NCBI GenBank assembly: GCA_030141605.1
Contig: JAQGDQ010000039.1
Span: 620,001 to 684,000, forward strand
Source of the DNA: Tubiluchus corallicola
Taxonomy: Eukaryota > Animalia > Priapulida
Direction: 5' to 3'
DNA length: 64,000 bases
Positions 50,131-64,000 of the stretch are shown in pieces. Below the pieces are notes generated by a model. It saw nothing but the letters and a program-made list of their open reading frames with translations, was not told the DNA's origin and did no database searches. The translations under genes were made by a program, and so were the position numbers. Every line of letters starts with the position of its first letter. The first letter of the stretch is position 1.

Positions 50131-52726
50131 AGTTAAAATTACCGGCAACCATGCAGTGGATCCCATTGATAACAATAAACGGGTTGCAAGGACTCAATGA
50201 AAGACTTTCTACTGTGCGCAATAAGGCCATTTCGCACAGATAACGCAAGGAAAGAGGCGCACATAATTGCTCTCATTAAATCAGAAAATTTTCAGAAGAA
50301 AATAGATTTTTTCGCCTTAGCCCCTACATCATGGAAGTTCGTTTCACGTCCAGCGAGCTCGAGCGGTTGCAATTTAGACAAATTACAATTAATGGGCTTA
50401 ATCAATAGAAAGTCTTTTCATTTTTAGAGTAACACAGTTAGTGAATGTGAATATATAATAATTAATATGCATGTCATGTGTATTCGTTTTCACGAACATA
50501 TACAGGTTCCTTAATAAAAAACAAACTTGTTAATATGATACAAGAAAAATTGAAAACATGTATTTTTTCTGCAATACAGTGACGTAAACGAGGCAGAAGT
50601 AATTGAGCAGTTAAATTTTAATGCAAACTCCGCGAGGACTCGCTTAGTTTTACTTCAAATACTAAGAAACTGCCAAAACAAGTTAAATCACCACGGATAT
50701 TCAAACAAGCCTGTGGGAAGACACACAAATAATTTTTTTGAATATTTCTACAAGATGCAAACACAGTGAATTCTTTACACAGTAGGCGACAAAGAAATCA
50801 AAAACTGTTTATTGAAGTGGCTGCAAGAGAATCACAGACCTAATCATGTCTGTTTATAGAACACATGCTAAAACCTTAAAACAAGCTGGAAGCTCCCACA
50901 GTTGAAATGACAAAATACTGCTTGAGAACACAAAAAACACCTCAAGTTTGTTTTCAAATAATTAATGTTGCATATTAGGGCTGCTATCGTCATTTAATGA
51001 CTGCATTTTGTTTTTGAAAAAAGGCAATCGTATGCTTATAGCACGCCAGCAAGTAACACAGGTAGATCGTCTCTGCTGCGCACACCTGCTACACCAGCGC
51101 AGGTAAAAATCCAGGTAAGTGATAATCAGCTGGTTGGTTGGCAACGTGCCAATTTCGGTATGCCGTTACAAACGACCAGTTGCCTGCCTACTTGGCAATT
51201 TGAGGTAAGAGCAATTGCTGTAGAGAGCGTTGTGTAAACGCGTTTCCAAGAACAGTTAGGAAAAATATTTTAATAGGCAGCAAAGTTACCACAGTTTACA
51301 AAAATATTGCGCTAATTCAGTTGTAAACTTGAATACCCAATTGCTGATGACAAATTTACAAGTTAGTTGAAAATGAAAATTGAAACGTCGCCTGTTATCC
51401 ACGGCTCTCTGACACACGAAAATTTTCACAACTAGAAATGTTTCCCTTTATCTAACGACACCCAACAAATAACGTCAAAACTCGATAACCTTCCATAAAC
51501 TACGCTAAGCTATCTAAAATTTAGAGTTGGGAGCTGTAAGCGGAGAGGAAAGCAAAGCAAAAGGCAAATTAAAATGTACCGTACAAATAAAAATGGTAAA
51601 ATAATAAATACAAAAATTTTCAGCATAGCTACTCCCGACTTATCACATATAGTCGGCCCATTTCTAAACAGAAGTTTAAAGGTGCCCTTTGAAAGTTACA
51701 GATCATAAATATTGTTAATCCATATACAAATACACTCATTTGAAGTCACTGCATGCATAATCCTTGAAACTGGTATGCTGATTCAACTAATAAACGTCGA
51801 CTATTTTATTCATCCCAGGCAAAAGAAAATTATCATCGGCAGTTTATTTTAAATACTCATAATAAGCAGCGTTCAAGGCAGCAATCTTAGCTTCATAAAC
51901 ATCGCATACTCAGCTGAAAATTATTACTTAATTTAACTTCACCCAGACGCTATGTGAAAATATTTGCTCGTCTAATCCGGCCTCGAAATTTTCAACAATT
52001 ATAGGCCCGATTTAATGGGAGCCTCCTATTTTATTATATGCTGAAAAGTCTCGAGCACAGAAGGTTTTGCACATCCAGAGTTTGTTAAAATTCCTCCATC
52101 TAAAGTAAACAGATAAAACAGTGCCGGTTCCCACACATTAACAGCAGGCGCGATTTATAGACCTATAAACATCCCTGTTTCCCTTGATACTTACTGATAA
52201 CCAAGACGAAGTTGCGAGCAAACTAGCAAAAGCCTGTAATAGTAAAGCTAAATAAAGAACAGTGAAACATCCACAGGCCTTTCGGTAAATTAGCACACCT
52301 TAAGTTGCAGTTACACAGAATAGACAATCTATTGATACAGCTAGTCACGTTACCTGATAAACCAGGAGACCACATCACCATCAGGGCATCAAGGTGACCC
52401 TACTGCGTTTAAATAAATCATTAATCTGTCATTTGAAAGCCACAAAAAACGAAATAGCAACATTTAACAGCTAGACATTTGACAACATCAATTTGTTGAA
52501 GTTTTGGCTTTTTATAAGAAAACAGAACCAAAACGTTTGAGTATAATCTAGAGTGTTTATAAAGCTCTAGATTACGTCAGCAGAAAACGTAAGTCTAAGA
52601 TTCCAAGCCCTACCCATTTAGCTAATAAACGTACTCTAGACTATACCGAAAGGTCAGGTTTCGTTTGTTCGTTCACGATGTTATTGGTGGACTTTGTTGC
52701 TGTTTGAAACATTAATTTATGCTCGA

Positions 52727-52906
<180 letters not shown>

Positions 52907-54109
52907 GGGGGTGATTATAAATCGGCCCATAGTGTTAATTGAGAAATTGAGAGACACCTTTTAATGAAACAACATTAGCCACCTCTGCAAAGCCATTGAA
53001 CTGTGACTCTGTATATATCCCGCTTTCGTGTAAACTGAGCCATATCTACAGAATTCTTTGAAATCTGAGATCGTATCCTCGTGGACGGGGAATCACAAGT
53101 GATTAGTTTCTACCTCCTAAGGGTCTTTTTATACTTATCCAAGAAGAGACACTGGCGAGTGCATACAAGCTTACATTCACAGCAAACCCAACATTACTTC
53201 ATGAACAAGCAATTAACCAAACAACTAATTTTTCATCTATGCCAGGATTTGGAATTCTCACGCCACATAGATGTGTTATCTTTGTGCAGCGATCCGAATC
53301 TGGTTGTCCAATTACAGTTTTTTATCCGTGTCGATTCCATGTTCTCCTACAATTTAAACACTTAGCCGCATTATCGGATAATATTCCCCAAAATACGGTT
53401 CATATACGCTTTTGTTACAACAAATATTGTTACATAAGGTGTTTATAGCGCTGCACAAGTTTGTTCTAAAACATGTTTTAATTCCGAAAAATATCTGGTT
53501 AACAATAACTGTGCACTTGCTTAAACTCAGGTTCAAGATATAGTTAAACCAAGAGCTTATAGGTGCTATATTAGATGCTTTCTAATAATTTTAATTGTTT
53601 TGATTAATTCATAATAAGAAAACCAAGAAACTTGATGAACCCAAGGAAAGCAGTAACGAATTGTATTATTTTGCTCCGTAGTAGTTATTCATCGAACATG
53701 CGACATCTAGTGGGCAGATATTTTGCCAAAGGTAAAACAGCGGTATGTTTGTTCACCTGATTTCCCGAGAAATTTTTCAGTCTAATAATTGAGGTGTAAT
53801 AAAGACTATTATACGTTGCTCTTACGTAACGCGGATTCGTCAAAAATGAAATTCTATTAGAATTATTTAAACGCGTGCTTAATTTTTCATGTAATACCTA
53901 ATTTTCTACCTGCATTTTCGTCACCGCTGTAAGAAATTCTAAATTCCATGAAATTTATCAGCCTGTTAAAGGAGGCTGTCGAAAGAGAAAAGCTAATCAA
54001 ATGTGCGAACAACATTTTTAACTCCACAAGCTAGAAAGAAACTTGAATAGAAACAGTTCAAACACTCAGTTCCGTGCGATTAAAGTATACTGTACTCAAA
54101 AAATAAAAA

Positions 54110-54385
54110 AAGAACAGAGACTGTTTCTGGAGACAGAAGGAGGATGGAGGGGAAGGGACTAGGCAGGGCGCGACAGGACAGGCCAGAACAAAATAAGACA
54201 AGACAAAAAGGGAGAACAGAGGACAGGAGAGCAGAGAAGAGGAGAGGAAAGAGGAGGTGGAGAGTAGAGAAAAGAGGAGAACAAATCAGACCAAACCAAA
54301 AGACCAAATCGACAGGACGAGGCGGGACGGGAGAGGGACAGGGGAGAGCAGAATTCAACGCAACAGATGGCAAAGCAAGACAGCA
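54110..54385. repeat. Degenerate purine-rich pentamer array (GACAG/GAGAG/GACAA)
   Basis: Direct reading. Confidence 0.75.
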
Positions 54386-54789
54386 CTGCAAAACGCAAAA
54401 TTTACAATAGAAGTAAAATCCTGTCACGCTAGCTGTGCATCACATATCAACACGTGTATATTAACGTGACAGATAAATAAAAAAGCAGAGACCATTCAGT
54501 GCTATACGAGAAGTTTAAAGCAAGGAGGGGAAAGAAGCCTAAACAGCTAAGTGCACACGAAGCCTTGCAGTAGAAAACCTGCATGGACCATATATATATA
54601 TATAAAATAAGCTCCTAAGCAAATCCTTTTAAGATCTATCATCATGTCGAGTTAATCCTCGTTTCTTACTAGTAAGCATCATTACAAACCTGCAATTATC
54701 CGTGCCAGTCGGCAAAACATCACAGGTGAATGAAACATTCGTAATTGAATTAGACGTCACCACCGCGTGATTTGTGTTTCTCACTCATA

Positions 54790-55196
54790 CGCTGATTGCT
54801 ACCCCACTACCTGAAGACACACGAAAAAAAACCGGACGGCAGGCGTGAAATGACACAACGGCCCAAACACAAATTTAAGCCAAGGTTTATGCGAAAACTC
54901 GATTATATAATTCACCTGAAATATCGTTTTATCACCTTAAATAATTTCGAGCCCTTACAAAGATACAACAAAACAAGATGCTGCTAACCCCTCCGCTGAT
55001 TGCTACAGCACTACCTGAAGACACACGAAAAAAACGGACGGCAGGCGTGAAATGGCACAACGGCACTAATACATAATTTAAGCCAGGGTTTATGCGAAAA
55101 CTCGATTATATAATTCACCTGAAATATCGTTTTATGACCTTAAATAATTTCGAGCCCTTACAAAGATACGCTGTAACTTACGCTGCTAACCCCTCC
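54790..55196 (+). repeat. Tandem duplication, ~204-bp unit x2
   Basis: CGCTGATTGCTAC...CACTACCTGAAGACACACG...GAGCCCTTACAAAGATAC...GCTGCTAACCCCTCC starts at 54790 and 54994. Confidence 0.92.
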
Positions 55197-55674
55197 AATC
55201 ACTTGCCAATACAATGTTACTAGTGCACAAATAAATAATAATAAAATCAGAAGTTATATTTGTTTATAGGCTTATAGTATTGTGTATTATCGTGAATCCT
55301 TCGTGAATTCCGTACTCATTGCATGTACCATTAGATTACAAAAATAAGATTAAATAAATTAAATTACATTTAAGTTACAAAAATAACCTCGCTTGTATTG
55401 AGTTAACTAGTCACCTGTTACGATTTTAGTATGGAAGTCGAGATTTTTGTATATTGTATTTCTTTACCATTTTTGTGTGTCGCATATTTACAGGCGTAAT
55501 CCTACTATACTATATGCCAATAGTTAACGAGACCATCCAGACCTAAGAGGCTGCCATACCTGACAAAGTGGTGTCCATATTCTATGCTATAAATCACAGT
55601 TAACTTACAAACCTTTGTATCAATGACTAGATCTGTTGTAATTTCTAAACGAGTTACAGGTTGAGAAGAAAAGA

Positions 55675-55685
55675 AACAGAAAGAG

Positions 55686-55719
<34 letters not shown>

Positions 55720-55737
55720 CGAGAGAAAGAGAGAGAG

Positions 55738-55785
<48 letters not shown>

Positions 55786-55842
55786 GAGAGAGAGAGAGAG
55801 AGAGAGGGGGGAGAGGGGGGAACAGAGAGAGAGAGAGTGAGA
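55675..55842. repeat. (AG)n microsatellite, interrupted
   Basis: Direct reading. Confidence 0.95.
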
Positions 55843-58800
55843 CAAAATAACAATTGTATTTAATAAGTATCTCTTGTATTAAGCTAACTTATCACCTGTT
55901 AAGATTTTAGCATGAATTGAGATTTTAATAAAATAAATAAAAATGAAACCAGATGTCGTTTAAAACGTCCCTTAGCTTTGTGTAAGTCAACGGCCATTAC
56001 TCATTTCATTCTTCTCAAAAGACAAAAAAACTTTATACTAGTCTACAATAAACTAGAAAGAATGATTATTTTACAGCAATAACTTTTCATGTTTTGCGAT
56101 TTTCTTTTGCTACTTGCCAAACAGTGCCTTAGGGTATTCCAAGGCACCAATTTCTCTTGGCTGATAAAATTTTTGGGTGTCGATTTCACCCATGGTCGAT
56201 GCCATTCAGACGCCTTTCACGCCCGCTGTGAGAAAAACTACGTGAATTATTAACAAGGAAGTATTTGTCAAACATTATTGATACACCAATAACCCCGGCC
56301 AAGTATTGATCGATTTTTGATAGCGCACACACCTGCACAACAGGTGAATACTGATGAATCTTTCAATACGCACATTATTAATTATTGGCGATCCTCATTA
56401 CCAGACGTCCAGGAAAGGGATTAACGGTCGGTAACGTCCATTACTGCTCAGGTGATGGAGATTATCGCTTTGAAAAGGTGCACCTGTCCCCTGAATTTAT
56501 TGTCCCTGTACCTGTACCATTAATGCACCTTAGAAAAGACACTCCGAAATAGCTTATAGCTGCGTTCTTATTTTTGCCCTGTGCTACATGGCTTCCTTCT
56601 CAGGTAAGCTGTAGTCAATGAGCTCAAAATGCGGTTGTAAGGTTTCAGTAAGGCTATAGGTGATGTCTTCTATCAGGGTAAATCAGGATCAGCATACAAT
56701 TGTATGAATCTTTATGAAACATTGGCTCATCCAAAGTATGTTATCACAGTTAGAACAAGCTGCATGCGAACCACTCAAAAAAGCTTCATAAAAAACATCA
56801 TTGTAAACATTGAATAAATAAGGTAAGGGAACACCACCCTTCCTAACACCGTTCCTAAAAGCGAAAGAGACACCCTGGTGTTCTTGTCGCTCAGGTCACT
56901 CAAGCCTATGCTACATTTCATGTCGTTTGGCCGTCCATAGTTGGTGGATTTATATTATCTGTCTGTAGCTATAATTAATAAAGAGCTAATACACTTCTCT
57001 GATACACTTGGTCAATGAAATAACTTTGGAAATCGCTATTATAAAGGCCTACTATCACTTAGGTCAATTTGTTATGATTATGTTTCAGCCTTTGATTCTG
57101 TGTTCCTCTCATGCTACACGTTTAAATTTCATTCTCTAGTCAACGGACTTGTTGTTGCGCGCCCTCTGTTGGGAGTGTTTCGTAAAATGTCTACCCAAAG
57201 ATAGCTCAATTTTCAGCCATCTGAGATCACTTTATGACTTCAATTAATGACACTTCTAGTAGCCCATGCATAAAAAATCACAATGCACTGCGCCATTCTT
57301 TGCTTTTTTAACTACTTTATAGCAGGAAGCTGTGTGTAGGGCCTGGAAAATGCTCCTGTTATAAGAATGGATCTGCGCAAAGAACTCGCAAACTTGTTTT
57401 TGCCAAACGTTTTACAGCGAATAATAATCTAATATTCGAACACTGGTTCGTCGAAATGACTACTTGGCTATTGTATGAAGGCAGCTGTCCTCGGGAGGGA
57501 GGGAGGAGTATGCTTACAGCACCACCTATCGTGAATTGAAATTTAATGCATAAATTTAACTCGAACACAATTGCCACCCCGGTGTACACAAAAAAACGCA
57601 TTATTGCTCTCTGCAGACAACTCGTAACATTTTACAGCAATTCGCCTTCCTACTTTAGTAAATTACTGGATTATATTAGTAACTCGAAAATCTGCCCACT
57701 CATTGGCAATCATTGCTATACTGTGCTATAGTCCTCCTCCAATTGAAGATCGCCAGTAATTAATAATAGGGGTATTGAAAGATTCATCAGTGTTCACCTG
57801 TGTGTGCACTATCAAAAATCGATCAATACCTATAGATTGCAGTTCCCCAGTGATTTTGCGGGAGCAAGACCTCAGTTTCCCAATACACATTGTAAGCTGC
57901 ACCTACTTCTCCCCCAGTCCTTCTGCGCTTATTAGTAAATGTTTTGCATGTATTATGCATGCAAAATATATACACGCCTCAATTCGCGTTCAGGCAATTC
58001 AGCCTTTTCAGTGTTTATCCTAGTGGGTTCACCGAACTATTTTTGCCCTGATAAAAGTCATGTATCACGTCGCCATTTAACAATGTCGCGGAACTTCAAT
58101 TTGCTCGGTTCACAAATCCTTTCTCTGGTGGCCTGGGGTGCACGGTTAATTAAGCTTATTTGGAACTAGCAGAACACAGCACTGTTATTCAATCTTGTTA
58201 TCCAAGCCCTACAGCGAATGCTGCAAAGCTCTATTCAAGGGCTATCGTAAATTCCTGGCAATGAAATTAACTGGCTAACTGCCTAAAAGAGCTTTTTCCT
58301 CAGCTTCTTCCATCTTCCGGCTTTCATCACGTGTGCGTGTAAACCAAAATGTGTAGAATTAATCCGAGAAAGAAATTACAAGGTTAGCCAATTATGGGCA
58401 ACTTTTTATTGTCTCGTATATGGATAATAATTTATATAGGTAGTACCTATACAAGACGCACTTAATTGGTTACCCTTGTACATCACATACAAGTTGCTCA
58501 TAATACGTACTGCTTTGCGGCGGCAGCTAAATGTTGCTGAACAGATGCAGAAACAATGTGATATTTTGCACGGAACAATCTTCCAAACAGAAACGCTATA
58601 ATCTTAAAGATAGCTCCAAGTAAGAGGGTACCCTAGATGGAATAGTTTGCTTAAGAATTTTTCTCTTCAGATTCCGTTAGAATGTGGTCTCAAATGAACA
58701 CCATCGAGCCTAGATGAAAAATATCTATTACCGACTGATAGGAAAGCGCCCCATAGTCTTCCAAAAATGTTGTCGCTTTTCATCTATGACGTCACAATTT

Positions 58801-60827
58801 TGGGCGATTTTTTGTAGAGGGCACTTGCGACCACATTCTAACGGAATATGAAGAGAAAAATTCTATTGCAATTTGTTCTTGGTTGTTTGTTATTTATACC
58901 CCTCTCTCAGTTAATATCTCGTCCTTTATTATACATCTATGAGCTCTATATAACCACAAGAATACGATTGCCACCAAAAAATAAATAGTTTAACAACCTC
59001 GGCTAATATTAGCCAACATAATGACTTTTATTTCAGAAAACAGAATCTAAATTCAAAGCTAAAACTAGTTTAATGCGTAATCGAGTAAGGCAAGATTGAT
59101 AGTTACGTACACAAATATTATCGGCATCAATAATAATTATTTTCACAAATCTGCATTCGTGTGATTAAATGTCGCACTGGTGCCAGCCTGATTGCGGGTT
59201 ACCTGATTAACGCTCGCAAGATATTATTATGTTATCACCTTTGAAAAGATCAATTAGTTCCATCAGAGAGTGTATTAATAAAGACCCTTGATGTTAGACG
59301 CTGATTACACGTTGCCACGAAGGGACCATTGTTCGCTAGAAATTAAATGGTCAGTCAAAGATGAAAGCAGCAAAACTAAAATCAGGTAGGTTGAAACCTG
59401 AAATCACATTTGCTTGCGAAGATTTAATGTTTATCGCTCATTTTTTTACAGAAGAGCATTAGTTTGCAATAACAGGTCAAAAATGTGTCATTCCTGAAGC
59501 AATCAAGTTTTTCTCCTTACGTATTGAATTGCACAATCGTGAAAACGCCTCGAAACAAATTTACAGAAATTCCCTCGCATTTATTGTGTCATTTATATAA
59601 GAACAAATACAAAATTACAATTTCAATACATGAAATATCAAAGTACAAGTCTCGAAGACAACGACATAATAAAATAATAAATACACAATAGAGTTTCATA
59701 GTTGCATTGGTGATTTAAAAGTTCATTATGAAACAAAGATTGAAAATGTCAGATGGTCTGCTAAGCCTAAGACTCATCACACAATGCAGTATCGACTATT
59801 TCGAACATTAATTATCATTTAATAATTACCTGCTTACTTGGTTAACAAGGTAACAACTTTAGACGTAGAACTTATAAATCGAATATTATGAAGCGCTCAA
59901 AACATTAATAATATAATTTTAAAAGCTGAGTTGGGCAGAAATGCTTTTAAGCCTGTGAACAAACCAATCGGTATGTGGGTATAACAGCGATCATACATTA
60001 AACAGTTAACTTTTTATTACACTAAAAACCAACGCTTCGTAAATAGTTGAAAATTTAATGTGTGCTTTCACGTTATATTGTTAAAAATATCAAAAATACA
60101 GAAATATCAGTCAGGGGTCACTATTGTATAAGCCATAAAACTGCAAGATGAATTACTTGTTTTTTAAGTAAAAGTAGTTTTTCTTTTTAAATGTACAACA
60201 ATTTTAATGAAGGGGCCTGTGAAATGAAAGAACGATCTTTCGACAAATAAGACAATATATACTAAGCATTACATACTAAAGTAGAGGAACCTTAACAAGA
60301 TGCCCCACGGACCACTGCTGGAGTAGTGGGTTACCCCTCCTAGCAATGATATGGGTTTGCAAAATGCATTGTTTCGATAAGTCTAACTTGCAATTTTTTA
60401 GCTATTTCTTCAAGACCCATAAAATGTGTTCATTCTGCCAGATTTCTGCTCAAGCGCATTAAGCTGCCATATCCATGAATAAACAGCACAGTAGGGAACC
60501 ATCTTATTAGCATATATTACATGTAAATGAGCATTTCATGCGCCACTAAGCCATCAGCTACTGGTCTTTTTAAAATTTTCCACATCCCAGCGGGTGCGGA
60601 GTAATCTCTGTACGTAGTTCAGTAGCAAGAGCCTAATTAACAGACGACCCAAAAATCTCAATCTACTCTCTGAGTAGCAACTCCAATTACAGGTGTTGCC
60701 ACGTCGTTTAATAACAACGTTAAGTGCTTGTGATCAGGACTGACTTCATAGTATATAATCTTTCCTCTAAACGGAAATCTTTCCTCTCAACGTAAAAAGT
60801 TGAAAATTTAATGTGTGCTAATTTAAT

Positions 60828-60944
60828 GGGAAAGTTTACAATTTCCCACATACAAGAAATTAGTTCGTGAAGCCGATTAGGGTTAGGATTAGGGTGTGTT
60901 AGGGTTAGGGTGTTTAAACTGTGTGGGGATTGTAAACTCCTCCC
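60828..60944 (+). mobile_element. TTAGGG-carrying mini-TIR element, copy D
   Basis: GGGAAAGTTTACAATTTCCCACA ... TGTGGGGATTGTAAACTCCTCCC inverted ends; internal TTCGTGAAGCCGA followed by about 5 TTAGGG-like units. Confidence 0.85.
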
Positions 60945-60984
60945 GCAATTTTTTATTTTGTTGTTTTCGTTAACGATTTCGAAA

Positions 60985-61383
60985 TAGGGGTGAGCATCGA
61001 ACGTTCGAATTCGAGTGGAACGAGTATTTCTAATTCGAAGACGATTCGAAAATAAAATTATGGATTCGAATAATTCAGCATTTCAACTACATACGTTCTT
61101 TATCATTAAGACATTTGAATCAGCATGCAGTCAGCACAATTTAGCGCGACTTCTGTGCACAATTTTTAAACAAATTATCAGTGTTCTTACTGCAGAACAA
61201 AATTAAGCAACAGCATGATCTTTGTGAGATTGCTTTTTATTTATGATTCGAAAATTTAGTCGAACATCTTTAAAATTGAATTTGATTCGGATTCGAAATC
61301 TTGAAGTGCGGTTTGATTTGAGTCTGAAGGTCAAAAATTCTATTCGACTCGAATTCGTTTCTGATAGAGAATGCTCACGCCTT
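60985..61383. mobile_element. hAT-type MITE with TTCGAA subterminal repeats
   Basis: TIRs TAGGGGTGAGCAT / ATGCTCACGCCTT, with many ATTCGA/TTCGAA motifs in both subterminal regions. TSD not preserved. Confidence 0.75.
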
Positions 61384-62239
61384 TTCTCTTCCACACGATG
61401 AGTGTGACATCACACAGCTTTTTTGGTTAGGCTTATAGAGATTAGTGGCTACAATAAAGACTTAATTAAGCGTGAAATAGTATGAAATGGAGGTTGAGAT
61501 ATCACTAAATATGAAATATATTGCGTATAAAAACTTTCTTGTCGTTTCTTGTATACCTTTTCCTAAGTCACTATCGGAACAACCCAGTCAACAACCAAGG
61601 AAAAACCAAGTAAACAACCAAAGAACAACCCAGTGAACAACCAGGGTAAAACCAAATCAACAAACAAGGAAACAGCGAAACTTCTTAAATGCCAAAACAA
61701 AAGACAACATCGTAACAGAACTATCAACGTACATGCTCACTAATTTATCAGCCTATCACTACAAATAATGCAAAATTTCTCGTCTGTAAGCTTCCGTTCA
61801 CCGAATAGAAAATTATAGTACCACTACAAAACGTGATAACTTAAGCCCATGCACTTGTTAATAATATTTTTACAGATTCATCGTTTATAACAAAAATATA
61901 TTATTACAGTTGCGACACGAATCATTTGATACTACTGCATTATTATGTACGATCGGGCAATTTAGCTAGCTTAACATATTGGATGCTAATCTTTATTTCT
62001 AACTTACAGCAAGAAACGGCGGCTAAATTCTCATTTGATAAACTATTGCGTCAGCGCAAGATGTACAGTGTTCGAAAGTCTGTCAGATTGTAAATTCATC
62101 AGGCATCAATTCGTTAATCATTCAAATATCCTGCACTCGCATCGCAGCTGTTTTGTTTCAAATTTCGATGGCTAAGTGAATGAAAATCTATATGAGACCA
62201 CCATGTTAATGCTATATAAAATGGGTGGTTGAGTAGAGT

Positions 62240-62420
62240 ACAGCCAGCAACTGGATGACACCAGTGACAACTGGAACCCTCGGATCGCTGCTACAGTTTG
62301 TTGGTTGCAGTTAAGCACACGGCAAGCCCCTAGTTTGCACTCAATGACAGGACTACTTATTCCGTTGATGGGTGTGGCAGGACCGAAACATAGCAAAGTA
62401 TTAAAGATAAAGGTTTAAGA
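62240..62420 (+). mobile_element. Degenerate Penelope-like pLTR with hammerhead relic
   Basis: GCTGCTACAGTTT ... CCGTTGATGGGTGTGGCAGGACCGAAACATAG resembles the pLTR pattern CTGATGATGGGTG...CACCCGAAACATGT. Confidence 0.35.
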
Positions 62421-64000
62421 TGATAAATTATGCTTTGTTGCCAGTGATGTCTAGCTGTCTGTCCAGTGGCGCCACAGACAGACATGTATTTGCTTCAATG
62501 AGAGAAATAATTGGAGGCGCTATGGCATATGAAACCACTGGTCACCCATCCACTTACTTAACCAACTATTCTTACTGCTATTGCAGTATTTTGTGAATGC
62601 AGGGCATCTTGTTACCTTTGTTGCTGCAGTTACATTTGTGTTATAACTAGTTGTTGATGTTGTCGTGATACTTTAACTTTATCAGCAGCTGCTGTCTGTC
62701 TTCGTCGCTGTCGCTAAAATATGGCCACGACGAATAGGCCACATTCGGATGAACGCACACAGGAAGACCCTGTCTCGAGAAACTGGGTCAATATCGACTT
62801 CCGAACCGAACGCGTAAACGTCAACAAGACATACACGCAAAAAGCCTTATGTTGATCCATTCAACAAACGTATAATATGGAACGTGTTTATAGTAACGTG
62901 TAGTAAGCCAAAATTAGGGGTGAGATTGCTTACGACTGACGAGACGTGATCACGTGCACTACACGTGGCGCTGACAGAAAACCTACGTATCAAGCCGAAA
63001 GACATTCACGGTATACATCCGTGTGATAAAGACAGATGGCGACGCCTTAGCAATTTCTTGACTAATCCTAGTAATTCACTATGTCAGTTTGTCAGTAATT
63101 CACTATGTCACCACCACTTTGTCAGTAGTCACCGGGTATCGGACACTGCACAGCCATTGTCCAGCGACTTGGTACTCACCCTACTCCGTAACTAAAAATT
63201 TTGCATTACAACATTATGCCCACTATTGCACTTTTTACCATGGCTCATTTAATAAAATAACGATTATAACTAATTTTTGAAGGTAACTAGGAGCCTAGTA
63301 ACGCTGTTATAATATGCAGTCAATTATAGGCCAATAAACGCCTAGTCCAGGTACGTGGGTAACAACAATAATCACTAATGTGTGTCAGAGGTAAAAATAG
63401 GGCTGTCGTTATGCTGCGTGAAAGCAAAAAGTGGACCCTGGCTGGCTGCAAGTGTTAAAAGTCACAACAATAAACACAAGCCTAGTCAAAACTTTGTGCT
63501 CGGTGTAGTAGGTAAATAACATAAACATTGACAGAAATAGCAGAAAAAACAGTTGTTTCATTCCTCTTTTGCTTAGAATAAACCGTTCCACGCAGGATAT
63601 TCAGTCGGATTGTCAATATTAGAACAGAAAAAGTGCATTCAGTGCCTTTCACACAATCGGACAGCAATGCCAACTTATCCGGCTATGCGATGCCGTTTTC
63701 ATATGCGAAGAAAATTGCCAAAAATGCTGTAATAATCAACTAATCAACACTTGTTTAAGTTTACGGGATGCAAGGATACATTAATCATCACCTGCTCTGT
63801 TCTTATTTCTACTGCTGCACGTGCGAATACAGTTAAAGTTTCCTCAACTACCATATATTGGGAAGTTACCTAACATTTTTTTCTTCTTAGACTTATGCAA
63901 TGGTTATGTAGCCTACTAAAACAATTTAAACAGAGCACATTACTGGAAGGGAGAAGTGCAAGATCGAAAGCATCAAAAACAATCCTAAAGTAATCAGCTT

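Overview
AT-rich eukaryotic DNA, most likely an invertebrate metazoan. That call is inferred from the TTAGGG repeats, Meta-domain tRNA-SINEs, CR1/L2/RTE-X-type LINE ends, hAT MITEs and Penelope-like remnants. The window is essentially non-genic: no long ORF and no recognisable host protein. The ORF track consists of microsatellite translations, chance ORFs and C-terminal fragments of LINE ORF2 proteins. The only host-gene candidate is at the far left: a GC-box/NRF1-like promoter (~1295-1350) and two small minus-strand exons that splice in frame to MNRKQNSLRSLTQITVL and run off the window. The rest is a gene desert or giant intron filled with small non-autonomous elements. The most notable structures are: (i) four copies of a tiny TIR element carrying a variable number of telomeric TTAGGG repeats; (ii) tRNA-like Pol III cassettes carried inside two different kinds of DNA-transposon shells; (iii) several Penelope-type minimal hammerhead-ribozyme relics, one pair arranged as an inverted repeat; (iv) a 3x tandem MetaSINE array; (v) a near-perfect 229-bp duplication 1.4 kb apart. 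All family assignments come from motif recognition by eye and need RepeatMasker/Dfam, tRNAscan-SE and Infernal confirmation.
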